Source: Tubulanus polymorphus
Taxonomy: Eukaryota; Animalia; Nemertea
Length of the DNA: 64,000 nt
Direction: 5' to 3'
Assembly: GCF_964204645.1 (NCBI RefSeq)
Contig: NC_134034.1
Span: 14,237,024-14,301,023, forward strand
Both the position numbers and the translations under genes were made by a program. The first letter of the stretch is position 1. Each line of letters starts with the position of its first letter. Shown piece by piece: positions 26,201 through 40,376 of the stretch. The notes below the pieces were generated by a model, which worked only from the letters and a program-made list of their open reading frames with translations, did not search any database and was not told the DNA's origin.

Positions 26201-29200
26201 ACATCCTCTTCAGCATCAGTACCGCTCTGAATCAGTTATCAACATTTTACCGTACGGTGCTGCCTCTATGCTCATCGTTAGAGGAATTTTTATACACTAA
26301 CGTTAGTCAACCCTGGCAAGCTAAGGTCACGGAGTACAACTGGACAGCACGTCGATTGCCAGAGTTGACTTTAGTTAGTGTATGGAAATCCCGCTAACGA
26401 TGAGCATAGCGGCAGCACTGTACGGTCGGTACACCCCTGTTCATCCTTTATCCATCAGGACCACTCTGAATCACAGCAATTGATGGGTTTGAACCCGGGA
26501 TACCCCTGTTCATCCTCTATTCAGCATCAGGACCACTCTGAATCACAGCAATTGATGGGTTTGAACACGGGATACCCCTGTTAATCCTTTATCCATCAGG
26601 ACCACTCTGAATCACAGCAATTGATGGGTTTGAACCCGGGATACCCCCGTACATCCTCTATTCAGCATCAGGACCACTCTGAATCACAGCAATTGATGGG
26701 TTTGAACCTGGGATACCCCTGTTAATCCTTTATCCATCAGGACCACTCTGAATCACAGCAATTGATGGGTTTGAACCCGGGATACCCCTGTACATCCTCT
26801 ATTCAGCATCAGGACCACTCTGAATCAGTATCAGTAATTACTGGGTTCAAACCCGAGACACCCCTGTACATCCTCTATTCAGCATCAGGACCACTCTGAA
26901 TCAGTATCAGTAATTACTGGGTTCAAACCCGAGACACCCCTGTACATCCTCTATTCAGCATCAGGACCACTCTGAATCAGTATCAGTAATTACTGGGGTT
27001 TAAACCCGAGACACCCCTGTACATCCTCTATTCAGCATCAGGACCACTCTGAATCATAGCAATTGATGGGTTTGAACACGGGACACCCCCGTACATCCTC
27101 TATCCATCAGGACCACTCTGAATCACAGCAATTGATGGGTTTGAACACGGGACACCCCTGTACATCCTCTATTCAGCATCAGGACCACTCTGAATCAGTG
27201 ATCAACATTTTACCGTATGGTGCTGCCTCTATACTCATCGTTAGCGGAATTTTTATACACTAACGTTAGTCATCCCCGGCAAGCTAAGGTCACGGAGTAC
27301 AACTCGGCAGCACGTCGATTGCCAGAGTTGACTTTAGTTAGTGTATGAAAATCCCGCTAACGATGAGCATAGCGGCAGCACTGTACGGTCGGTACATCCC
27401 TATTCATCCTTTATCCATCAGGACCACTCTGAATCACAGCAATTGATGGGTTTGAACCCGGGATACCCCTGTTCATCCTCTATTCAGCATCAGGACCACT
27501 CTGAATCACAGCAATTGATGGGTTTGAACCCGGGATACCCCTGTACATCCTCTATTCAGCATCAGGACCACTCTGAATCACAGCAATTGATGGGTTTGAA
27601 CCCGGGATACCCCTGTACATCCGTTATCCACCAGGACCACTCTGAATCACAGCAATTGATGGGTTAGAAATCGAGACGCCCCTGTACATCCTCTATTCAG
27701 CATCAGGACCGCTCTGAATCAGTTATCAACATTTTACCGTACGGTGCTGCCTCAATGCTCATCGTTAGCGGAATTTTTATACACTAACGTTAGTCAACTC
27801 TGGCAAGCTAAGGTCACGGAGTACAACTGGACAGCACGTCGATTGCCAAAGTTGACTTTAGTTAGTGTATGAAAATCCCGCTAACGATCAGCATAGCGGC
27901 AGCACTGTACGGTCGGTACACCCCTGTTCATCCTTTATTCATCAGGACCACTCTGAACCAGTATCAGTAATTACTGGGTTTGAACACGGGATACCCCCGT
28001 ACATCCTCTATTCAGCATCAGGACCACTCTGAATCACAGCAATTGATGGGTTTGAACCCGGGATACCCCTGTACATCCTCTATTCAGCCTCAGGACCACT
28101 CTGAATCACAGCAATTGATGGGTTTGAACCCGGGATACCCCTGTACATCCTCTATTCAGCATCAGGACCACTCTGAATCAGTTATCAGTAATTACTTTTG
28201 TTAAGATATCAACATTTTACCGTACGGTGCTGCCTCTATGCTCATCGTTAGCGGAATTTTTATACACTAACGTTAGTCAACTCTGGCAAGCTAAGGTCAC
28301 GGAGTACAACTGGACAGCACGTCGATTGCCAGAGTTGACTTTAGTTAGTGTATGAAAATCCCGCTAACGATGAGCATAGCGGCAGCACTTACGGTCGGTA
28401 CACCCCTATTCATCCTTTATCCATCAGGACCACTCTGAATCACAGCAATTGATGGGTTTGAACCCGGGATACCCCTGTACATCCTTTATCCATCAGGACA
28501 ACTCTGAATCACAGCAATTGATGGGTTTGAACCCGGGATACCCCTGTACATCCTCTATTCAGCATCAGGACCAATCTGAATCAGTTATCAGTAATTACTT
28601 TTGTTAAGATATCAACATTTTACCGTATGGTGCTGCCTCTAGGCTCATCGTTAGCGGAATTTTTATACACTAACGTTAGTCAACCCTGGCAAGCTAAGGT
28701 CACGGAGTATAACTGGCCAGCACGTCGATTGCCAGAGTTGACTTAAGTTAGTGTATGAAAATTTCGCTAACGTTGAGCATAGCGGCAGCACTGTACGGTC
28801 GGTACACCCCTATTCATCCTTTATCCATCAGGACCACTCTGAATCACAGCAATTGATGGGTTTGAACCCAGGACACCCCTGTACATCCTCTATTCAGCAT
28901 CAGGAGTACTCTGAATCACAGCAATTGATGGGTTTGAACCCGGGATACCCCTGTTCATCCTTTATCCATCAGGACCACTCTGAATCACAGCAATTGATGG
29001 GTTTGAACACGGGATACCCCTTTACATCCTCTATTCAGCATCAGTACCGCTCTGAATCAGTTATCAACATTTTACCGTACGGTGCTGCCTCTATGCTCAT
29101 CGTTAGAGGAATTTTTATACACTAACGTTAGTCAACTTCTGCAAGCTAAGGTCACGGAGTACAACTGGACAGCACGTCGATTGCCAGAGTTGACTTTAGT

Positions 29201-32200
29201 TAGTGTATGGAAATCCCGCTAACGATGAGCATAGCGGCAGCACTGTACGGTCGGTACACCCCTGTTCATCCTTTATCCATCAGGACCACTCTGAATCACA
29301 GCAATTGATGGGTTTGAACCCGGGATACCCCTGTTCATCCTCTATTCAGCATCAGGACCACTCTGAATCACAGCAATTGATGGGTTTGAACCTGGGATAC
29401 CCCTGTTAATCCTTTATCCATCAGGACGACTCTGAATCACAGCAATTGATGGGTTTGAACCCGGGATACCCCCGTACATACTCTATTCAGCATCAGGACC
29501 ACTCTGAATCACAGCAATTGATGGGTTTGAACCTGGGATACCCCTGTTAATCCTTTATCCATCAGGACCACTCTGAATCACAGCAATTGATGGGTTTGAA
29601 CCCGAGACACCCCCGTACATCCTCTATTCAGCATCAGGACCACTCTGAATCACAGCAATTGATGGGTTTGAACCCGGGACACCCCTGTAAATCTTTTATC
29701 CACCAGGACCACTGTGAATCACAGCAATTGATGGGTTTGAACACGGGATACCCCTGTTCATCCTCTATTCAGCATCAGGACCACTCTGAATCACAGCAAT
29801 TGATGGGTTTGAACCCGGGATACCCCTGTACATCCTCTATTCAGCATCAGGACCACTCTGAATCACAGCAATTGATGGGTTTGAACCCGGGATACCCCTG
29901 TACATCCGTTATCCACCAGGACCACTCTGAATCACAGCAATTGATGGGTTAGAAATCGAGACGCCCCTGTACATCCTCTATTCAGCATCAGGACCGCTCT
30001 GAATCAGTTATCAACATTTTACCGTACGGTGCTGCCTCAATGCTCATCGTTAGCGGAATTTTTATACACTAACGTTAGTCAACTCTGGCAAGCTAAGGTC
30101 ACGGAGTACAACTGGACAGCACGTCGATTGCCAAAGTTGACTTTAGTTAGTGTATGAAAATCCCGCTAACGATCAGCATAGCGGCAGCACTGTACGGTCG
30201 GTACACCCCTGTTCATCCTTTATTCATCAGGACCACTCTGAACCAGTATCAGTAATTACTGGGTTTGAACACGGGATACCCCCGTACATCCTCTATTCAG
30301 CATCAGGACCACTCTGAATCACAGCAATTGATGGGTTTGAACCCGGGATACCCCTGTACATCCTCTATTCAGCCTCAGGACCACTCTGAATCACAGCAAT
30401 TGATGGGTTTGAACCCGGGATACCCCTGTACATCCTCTATTCAGCATCAGGACCACTCTGAATCAGTTATCAGTAATTACTTTTGTTAAGATATCAACAT
30501 TTTACCGTACGGTGCTGCCTCTATGCTCATCGTTAGCGGAATTTTTATACACTAACGTTAGTCAACTCTGGCAAGCTAAGGTCACGGAGTACAACTGGAC
30601 AGCACGTCGATTGCCAGAGTTGACTTTAGTTAGTGTATGAAAATCCCGCTAACGATGAGCATAGCGGCAGCACTTACGGTCGGTACACCCCTATTCATCC
30701 TTTATCCATCAGGACCACTCTGAATCACAGCAATTGATGGGTTTGAACCCGGGATACCCCTGTACATCCTTTATCCATCAGGACAACTCTGAATCACAGC
30801 AATTGATGGGTTTGAACCCGGGATACCCCTGTACATCCTCTATTCAGCATCAGGACCAATCTGAATCAGTTATCAGTAATTACTTTTGTTAAGATATCAA
30901 CATTTTACCGTATGGTGCTGCCTCTAGGCTCATCGTTAGCGGAATTTTTATACACTAACGTTAGTCAACCCTGGCAAGCTAAGGTCACGGAGTATAACTG
31001 GCCAGCACGTCGATTGCCAGAGTTGACTTAAGTTAGTGTATGAAAATTTCGCTAACGTTGAGCATAGCGGCAGCACTGTACGGTCGGTACACCCCTATTC
31101 ATCCTTTATCCATCAGGACCACTCTGAATCACAGCAATTGATGGGTTTGAACCCAGGACACCCCTGTACATCCTCTATTCAGCATCAGGACCACTCTGAA
31201 TCACAGCAATTGATAGGTTTGAACCCGGGACACCCCCGTTCATCCTTTATCCATCAGGACCATTCTGAATCACAGCAATTGATGGGTTTGAACACGGGAC
31301 ACCCCCGTACATCCTCTATTCAGCATCAGGAGTACTCTGAATCACAGCAATTGATGGGTTTGAACCCGGGATACCCCTGTTCATCCTTTATCCATCAGGA
31401 CCACTCTGAATCAGAGCAATTGATGGGTTTGAACCAGAGACATCCCGTACATCCTCTATTCAGCATCAGGACCACTCTGAATCACAGCAATTGATGGGTT
31501 TGAACACGGGATACCCCTTTACATCCTCTATTCAGCATCAGTACCGCTCTGAATCAGTTATCAACATTTTACCGTACGGTGCTGCCTCTATGCTCATCGT
31601 TAGAGGAATTTTTATACACTAACGTTAGTCAACTTCTGCAAGCTAAGGTCACGGAGTACAACTGGACAGCACGTCGATTGCCAGAGTTGACTTTAGTTAG
31701 TGTATGGAAATCCCGCTAACGATGAGCATAGCGGCAGCACTGTACGGTCGGTACACCCCTGTTCATCCTTTATCCATCAGGACCACTCTGAATCACAGCA
31801 ATTGATGGGTTTGAACCCGGGATACCCCTGTTCATCCTCTATTCAGCATCAGGACCACTCTGAATCACAGCAATTGATGGGTTTGAACCTGGGATACCCC
31901 TGTTAATCCTTTATCCATCAGGACGACTCTGAATCACAGCAATTGATGGGTTTGAACCCGGGATACCCCCGTACATACTCTATTCAGCATCAGGACCACT
32001 CTGAATCACAGCAATTGATGGGTTTGAACCTGGGATACCCCTGTTAATCCTTTATCCATCAGGACCACTCTGAATCACAGCAATTGATGGGTTTGAACCC
32101 GAGACACCCCCGTACATCCTCTATTCAGCATCAGGACCACTCTGAATCACAGCAATTGATGGGTTTGAACCCGGGACACCCCTGTAAATCTTTTATCCAC

Positions 32201-35200
32201 CAGGACCACTGTGAATCACAGCAATTGATGGGTTTGAACACGGGATACCCCTGTTCATCCTCTATTCAGCATCAGGACCACTCTGAATCACAGCAATTGA
32301 TGGGTTTGAACCCGGGATACCCCTGTACATCCTCTATTCAGCATCAGGACCACTCTGAATCACAGCAATTGATGGGTTTGAACCCGGGATACCCCTGTAC
32401 ATCCGTTATCCACCAGGACCACTCTGAATCACAGCAATTGATGGGTTAGAAATCGAGACGCCCCTGTACATCCTCTATTCAGCATCAGGACCGCTCTGAA
32501 TCAGTTATCAACATTTTACCGTACGGTGCTGCCTCAATGCTCATCGTTAGCGGAATTTTTATACACTAACGTTAGTCAACTCTGGCAAGCTAAGGTCACG
32601 GAGTACAACTGGACAGCACGTCGATTGCCAAAGTTGACTTTAGTTAGTGTATGAAAATCCCGCTAACGATCAGCATAGCGGCAGCACTGTACGGTCGGTA
32701 CACCCCTGTTCATCCTTTATTCATCAGGACCACTCTGAACCAGTATCAGTAATTACTGGGTTTGAACACGGGATACCCCCGTACATCCTCTATTCAGCAT
32801 CAGGACCACTCTGAATCACAGCAATTGATGGGTTTGAACCCGGGATACCCCTGTACATCCTCTATTCAGCCTCAGGACCACTCTGAATCACAGCAATTGA
32901 TGGGTTTGAACCCGGGATACCCCTGTACATCCTCTATTCAGCATCAGGACCACTCTGAATCAGTTATCAGTAATTACTTTTGTTAAGATATCAACATTTT
33001 ACCGTACGGTGCTGCCTCTATGCTCATCGTTAGCGGAATTTTTATACACTAACGTTAGTCAACTCTGGCAAGCTAAGGTCACGGAGTACAACTGGACAGC
33101 ACGTCGATTGCCAGAGTTGACTTTAGTTAGTGTATGAAAATCCCGCTAACGATGAGCATAGCGGCAGCACTTACGGTCGGTACACCCCTATTCATCCTTT
33201 ATCCATCAGGACCACTCTGAATCACAGCAATTGATGGGTTTGAACCCGGGATACCCCTGTACATCCTTTATCCATCAGGACAACTCTGAATCACAGCAAT
33301 TGATGGGTTTGAACCCGGGATACCCCTGTACATCCTCTATTCAGCATCAGGACCAATCTGAATCAGTTATCAGTAATTACTTTTGTTAAGATATCAACAT
33401 TTTACCGTATGGTGCTGCCTCTAGGCTCATCGTTAGCGGAATTTTTATACACTAACGTTAGTCAACCCTGGCAAGCTAAGGTCACGGAGTATAACTGGCC
33501 AGCACGTCGATTGCCAGAGTTGACTTAAGTTAGTGTATGAAAATTTCGCTAACGTTGAGCATAGCGGCAGCACTGTACGGTCGGTACACCCCTATTCATC
33601 CTTTATCCATCAGGACCACTCTGAATCACAGCAATTGATGGGTTTGAACCCAGGACACCCCTGTACATCCTCTATTCAGCATCAGGACCACTCTGAATCA
33701 CAGCAATTGATAGGTTTGAACCCGGGACACCCCCGTTCATCCTTTATCCATCAGGACCATTCTGAATCACAGCAATTGATGGGTTTGAACACGGGACACC
33801 CCCGTACATCCTCTATTCAGCATCAGGAGTACTCTGAATCACAGCAATTGATGGGTTTGAACCCGGGATACCCCTGTTCATCCTTTATCCATCAGGACCA
33901 CTCTGAATCAGAGCAATTGATGGGTTTGAACCAGAGACATCCCGTACATCCTCTATTCAGCATCAGGACCACTCTGAATCACAGCAATTGATGGGTTTGA
34001 ACACGGGATACCCCTTTACATCCTCTATTCAGCATCAGTACCGCTCTGAATCAGTTATCAACATTTTACCGTACGGTGCTGCCTCTATGCTCATCGTTAG
34101 AGGAATTTTTATACACTAACGTTAGTCAACTTCTGCAAGCTAAGGTCACGGAGTACAACTGGACAGCACGTCGATTGCCAGAGTTGACTTTAGTTAGTGT
34201 ATGGAAATCCCGCTAACGATGAGCATAGCGGCAGCACTGTACGGTCGGTACACCCCTGTTCATCCTTTATCCATCAGGACCACTCTGAATCACAGCAATT
34301 GATGGGTTTGAACCCGGGATACCCCTGTTCATCCTCTATTCAGCATCAGGACCACTCTGAATCACAGCAATTGATGGGTTTGAACCTGGGATACCCCTGT
34401 TAATCCTTTATCCATCAGGACGACTCTGAATCACAGCAATTGATGGGTTTGAACCCGGGATACCCCCGTACATACTCTATTCAGCATCAGGACCACTCTG
34501 AATCACAGCAATTGATGGGTTTGAACCTGGGATACCCCTGTTAATCCTTTATCCATCAGGACCACTCTGAATCACAGCAATTGATGGGTTTGAACCCGAG
34601 ACACCCCCGTACATCCTCTATTCAGCATCAGGACCACTCTGAATCACAGCAATTGATGGGTTTGAACCCGGGACACCCCTGTAAATCTTTTATCCACCAG
34701 GACCACTGTGAATCACAGCAATTGATGGGTTTGAACACGGGATACCCCTGTTCATCCTCTATTCAGCATCAGGACCACTCTGAATCACAGCAATTGATGG
34801 GTTTGAACCCGGGATACCCCTGTACATCCTCTATTCAGCATCAGGACCACTCTGAATCACAGCAATTGATGGGTTTGAACCCGGGATACCCCTGTACATC
34901 CGTTATCCACCAGGACCACTCTGAATCACAGCAATTGATGGGTTAGAAATCGAGACGCCCCTGTACATCCTCTATTCAGCATCAGGACCGCTCTGAATCA
35001 GTTATCAACATTTTACCGTACGGTGCTGCCTCAATGCTCATCGTTAGCGGAATTTTTATACACTAACGTTAGTCAACTCTGGCAAGCTAAGGTCACGGAG
35101 TACAACTGGACAGCACGTCGATTGCCAAAGTTGACTTTAGTTAGTGTATGAAAATCCCGCTAACGATCAGCATAGCGGCAGCACTGTACGGTCGGTACAC

Positions 35201-38200
35201 CCCTGTTCATCCTTTATTCATCAGGACCACTCTGAACCAGTATCAGTAATTACTGGGTTTGAACACGGGATACCCCCGTACATCCTCTATTCAGCATCAG
35301 GACCACTCTGAATCACAGCAATTGATGGGTTTGAACCCGGGATACCCCTGTACATCCTCTATTCAGCCTCAGGACCACTCTGAATCACAGCAATTGATAG
35401 GTTTGAACCCGGGACACCCCCGTTCATCCTTTATCCATCAGGACCATTCTGAATCACAGCAATTGATGGGTTTGAACACGGGACACCCCCGTACATCCTC
35501 TATTCAGCATCAGGAGTACTCTGAATCACAGCAATTGATGGGTTTGAACCCGGGATACCCCTGTTCATCCTTTATCCATCAGGACCACTCTGAATCAGAG
35601 CAATTGATGGGTTTGAACCAGAGACATCCCGTACATCCTCTATTCAGCATCAGGACCACTCTGAATCACAGCAATTGATGGGTTTGAACCCGGGATACCC
35701 CTGTACATCCTCTATTCAGCATCAGGACCACTCTGAATCACAGCAATTGATGGGTTTGAACCAGAGACATCCCGTACATCCTCTATTCAGCATCAGGACC
35801 ACTCTGAATCACAGCAATTGATGGGTTTGAACACGGGATACCCCTTTACATCCTCTATTCAGCATCAGTACCGCTCTGAATCAGTTATCAACATTTTACC
35901 GTACGGTGCTGCCTCTATGCTCATCGTTAGAGGAATTTTTATACACTAACGTTAGTCAACCCTGGCAAGCTAAGGTCACGGAGTACAACTGGACAGCACG
36001 TCGATTGCCAGAGTTGACTTTAGTTAGTGTATGGAAATCCCGCTAACGATGAGCATAGCGGCAGCACTGTACGGTCGGTACACCCCTGTTCATCCTTTAT
36101 CCATCAGGACCACTCTGAATCACAGCAATTGATGGGTTTGAACCCGGGATACCCCTGTTCATCCTCTATTCAGCATCAGGACCACTCTGAATCACAGCAA
36201 TTGATGGGTTTGAACACGGGATACCCCTGTTAATCCTTTATCCATCAGGACCACTCTGAATCACAGCAATTGATGGGTTTGAACCCGGGATACCCCCGTA
36301 CATCCTCTATTCAGCATCAGGACCACTCTGAATCACAGCAATTGATGGGTTTGAACCTGGGATACCCCTGTTAATCCTTTATCCATCAGGACCACTCTGA
36401 ATCACAGCAATTGATGGGTTTGAACCCGGGATACCCCTGTACATCCTCTATTCAGCATCAGGACCACTCTGAATCAGTATCAGTAATTACTGGGTTCAAA
36501 CCCGAGACACCCCTGTACATCCTCTATTCAGCATCAGGACCACTCTGAATCAGTATCAGTAATTACTGGGGTTTAAACCCGAGACACCCCTGTACATCCT
36601 CTATTCAGCATCAGGACCACTCTGAATCATAGCAATTGATGGGTTTGAACACGGGACACCCCCGTACATCCTCTATCCATCAGGACCACTCTGAATCACA
36701 GCAATTGATGGGTTTGAACACGGGACACCCCTGTACATCCTCTATTCAGCATCAGGACCACTCTGAATCAGTGATCAACATTTTACCGTATGGTGCTGCC
36801 TCTATACTCATCGTTAGCGGAATTTTTATACACTAACGTTAGTCAACCCCGGCAAGCTAAGGTCACGGAGTACAACTCGGCAGCACGTCGATTGCCAGAG
36901 TTGACTTTAGTTAGTGTATGAAAATCCCGCTAACGATGAGCATAGCGGCAGCACTGTACGGTCGGTACATCCCTATTCATCCTTTATCCATCAGGACCAC
37001 TCTGAATCACAGCAATTGATGGGTTTGAACCCGGGATACCCCTGTACATCCTTTATCCATCAGGACAACTCTGAATCACAGCAATTGATGGGTTTGAACA
37101 CGGGATACCCCTGCACATCCGTTATCAACCAGGACCACTCTGAATCATAGCAATTGATGGGTTTGAACCCGGGATACCCCTGTTCATCCTCTATCCAGCA
37201 TCAGGACCACTCTGAATCAGTATCAGTAATTACTGGGTTTGAACCCGAGACACCCCCGTACATCCTCTATTCAGCATCAGGACCACTCTGAATCACAGCA
37301 ATTGATGGGTTTGAACCCGGGACACCCCTGTACATCCTCTATTCAGCATCAGGACCACTCTGAATCACAGCAATTGATGGGTTTGAACCCGGGACACCCC
37401 TGTAAATCTTTTATCCACCAGGACCACTGTGAATCACAGCAATTGATGGGTTTGAACACGGGATACCCCTGTTCATCCTCTATTCAGCATCAGGACCACT
37501 CTGAATCACAGCAATTGATGGGTTTGAACCCGGGATACCCCTGTACATCCTCTATTCAGCATCAGGACCACTCTGAATCACAGCAATTGATGGGTTTGAA
37601 CCCGGGATACCCCTGTACATCCGTTATCCACCAGGACCACTCTGAATCACAGCTATTGATGGGTTAGAAATCGAGACGCCCCTGTACATCCTCTATTCAG
37701 CATCAGGACCGCTCTGAATCAGTTATCAACATTTTACCGTACGGTGCTGCCTCAATGCTCATCGTTAGCGGAATTTTTATACACTAACGTTAGTCAACTC
37801 TGGCAAGCTAAGGTCACGGAGTACAACTGGACAGCACGTCGATTGCCAAAGTTGACTTTAGTTAGTGTATGAAAATCCCGCTAACGATCAGCATAGCGGC
37901 AGCACTGTACGGTCGGTACACCCCTGTTCATCCTTTATTCATCAGGACCACTCTGAACCAGTATCAGTAATTACTGGGTTTGAACACGGGATACCCCCGT
38001 ACATCCTCTATTCAGCATCAGGACCACTCTGAATCACAGCAATTGATGGGTTTGAACCCGGGATACCCCTGTACATCCTCTATTCAGCCTCAGGACCACT
38101 CTGAATCACAGCAATTGATGGGTTTGAACCCGGGATACCACTGTACATCCTCTATTCAGCATCAGGACCACTCTGAATCAGTTATCAGTAATTACTTTTG

Positions 38201-40073
38201 TTAAGATATCAACATTTTACCGTACGGTGCTGCCTCTATGCTCATCGTTAGCGGAATTTTTATACACTAACGTTAGTCAACTCTGGCAAGCTAAGGTCAC
38301 GGAGTACAACTGGACAGCACGTCGATTGCCAGAGTTGACTTTAGTTAGTGTATGAAAATCCCGCTAACGATGAGCATAGCGGCAGCACTTACGGTCGGTA
38401 CACCCCTATTCATCCTTTATCCATCAGGACCACTCTGAATCACAGCAATTGATGGGTTTGAACCCGGGATACCCCTGTACATCCTTTATCCATCAGGACA
38501 ACTCTGAATCACAGCAATTGATGGGTTTGAACCCGGGATACCCCTGTACATCCTCTATTCAGCATCAGGACCAATCTGAATCAGTTATCAGTAATTACTT
38601 TTGTTAAGATATCAACATTTTACCGTATGGTGCTGCCTCTAGGCTCATCGTTAGCGGAATTTTTATAAACTAACGTTAGTCAACCCTGGCAAGCTAAGGT
38701 CACGGAGTATAACTGGCCAGCACGTCGATTGCCAGAGTTGACTTAAGTTAGTGTATGAAAATTTCGCTAACGTTGAGCATAGCGGCAGCACTGTACGGTC
38801 GGTACACCCCTATTCATCCTTTATCCATCAGGACCACTCTGAATCACAGCAATTGATGGGTTTGAACCCAGGACACCCCTGTACATCCTCTATTCAGCAT
38901 CAGGACCACTCTGAATCACAGCAATTGATAGGTTTGAACCCGGGACACCCCCGTTCATCCTTTATCCATCAGGACCATTCTGAATCACAGCAATTGATGG
39001 GTTTGAACACGGGACACCCCCGTACATCCTCTATTCAGCATCAGGAGTACTCTGAATCACAGCAATTGATGGGTTTGAACCCGGGATACCCCTGTTCATC
39101 CTTTATCCATCAGGACCACTCTGAATCAGAGCAATTGATGGGTTTGAACCAGAGACATCCCGTACATCCTCTATTCAGCATCAGGACCACTCTGAATCAC
39201 AGCAATTGATGGGTTTGAACACGGGATACCCCTTTACATCCTCTATTCAGCATCAGTACCGCTCTGAATCAGTTATCAACATTTTACCGTACGGTGCTGC
39301 CTCTATGCTCATCGTTAGAGGAATTTTTATACACTAACGTTAGTCAACTTTGGCAAGCTAAGGTCACGGAGTACAACTGGACAGCACGTCGATTGCCAGA
39401 GTTGACTTTAGTTAGTGTATGGAAATCCCGCTAACGATGAGCATAGCGGCAGCACTGTACGGTCGGTACACCCCTGTTCATCCTTTATCCATCAGGACCA
39501 CTCTGAATCACAGCAATTGATGGGTTTGAACCCGGGATACCCCTGTTCATCCTCTATTCAGCATCAGGACCACTCTGAATCACAGCAATTGATGGGTTTG
39601 AACACGGGATACCCCTGTTAATCCTTTATCCATCAGGACCACTCTGAATCACAGCAATTGATGGGTTTGAACCCGGGATACCCCCGTACATCCTCTATTC
39701 AGCATCAGGACCACTCTGAATCACAGCAATTGATGGGTTTGAACCTGGGATACCCCTGTTAATCCTTTATCCATCAGGACGACTCTGAATCACAGCAATT
39801 GATGGGTTCGAACCCGGGATACCCCCGTACATACTCTATTCAGCATCAGGACCACTCTGAATCACAGCAATTGATGGGTTTGAACCTGGGATACCCCTGT
39901 TAATCCTTTATCCATCAGGACCACTCTGAATCACAGCAATTGATGGGTTCGAACCCGGGATACCCCTGTACATCCTCTATTCAGCATCAGGACCACTCTG
40001 AATCAGTATCAGTTATTACTGGGTTCAAACCCGAGACACCCCTGTACATCCTCTATTCAGCATCAGGACCACT
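23232..40073. repeat. 16.8-kb composite array: runs of a 69-75-bp monomer alternating with 25 copies of a ~178-bp inverted-repeat unit
   Basis: Monomer CAGGACCACTCTGAATCACAGCAATTGATGGGTTTGAACCCGGGATACCCCTGTACATCCTCTATTCAGCAT. Hairpin units start near 23702, 24294, 24963, 25442, 26249, 27212, 27736, 28219, 28622, 29074, 30021, 30504, 30907, 31571, 32518, 33001, 33404, 34068, 35015, 35898, 36785, 37736, 38219, 38622, 39286. A 2497-bp higher-order period runs through the centre. Confidence 0.97.
24294..24471 (+). ncRNA. Representative candidate long-hairpin RNA unit (71-bp arms, 36-nt loop)
   Basis: Left arm ACCGTACGGTGCTGCC...GTCAACTCTGGCAA is the near-perfect reverse complement of right arm TTGCCAGAGTTGAC...GGCAGCACTGTACGGT. 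The inverted repeat is certain; its RNA status is inference. Confidence 0.4.
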
Positions 40074-40138
40074 GGTCTAGTGGTTAGAATTCCCGCCTGG
40101 TAAACCGGAGACCATAGTTTCGAGTCCTGCCATAGCGA
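40073..40138 (+). pseudogene. 5'-truncated tRNA-derived sequence (tRNA pseudogene or SINE head)
   Basis: A-box TGGTCTAGTGG, tRNA-like spacing, degenerate B-box GTTTCGAGTCC, TTTT at 40147. The anticodon stem does not pair and the 5' acceptor strand is replaced by the array. Confidence 0.6.
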
Positions 40139-40376
40139 ACATACGCTTTTGGTAATTTGCCCCAAGTCTGTTTCTTTTTTTAATATTTCAGATTGTGATG
40201 AGGGGTGGCCTACTCGGTGATATTGATTTGAAGATGAAATAATTTTAGTGGATCATGAATTTAGGAAAAAGATTACAGCACCACTGACCCATGTTTAAAA
40301 CCTACAGAAATATTTCGGATGATGGATGTAATTTCAGAGGGTATAATTTGAAACGCCAATAAGAGCAGCCCCAAAA

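Noticed and set aside
27736-38751. Exact 10,000-bp offset between two identical blocks (27980/37980, 28751/38751)
   Set aside because: Neighbouring blocks are offset by 9573 and 9649 bp, so the round number is most simply a coincidence of unit counts.
23831-39621. Dozens of HQDHSESQQLMGLNPG ORFs as a repetitive protein
   Set aside because: They arise from 69/72-bp units, are broken often by stops and frameshifts, mostly start at non-ATG codons, and show no consistent splice pattern.
23232-40073. CRISPR-like repeat/spacer array
   Set aside because: The intervening units are near-identical rather than unique spacers, the context is an intron-rich animal genome, and there are no cas genes.
40073-40138. 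Functional tRNA gene
   Set aside because: No 5' acceptor strand, and the anticodon and T stems do not pair.
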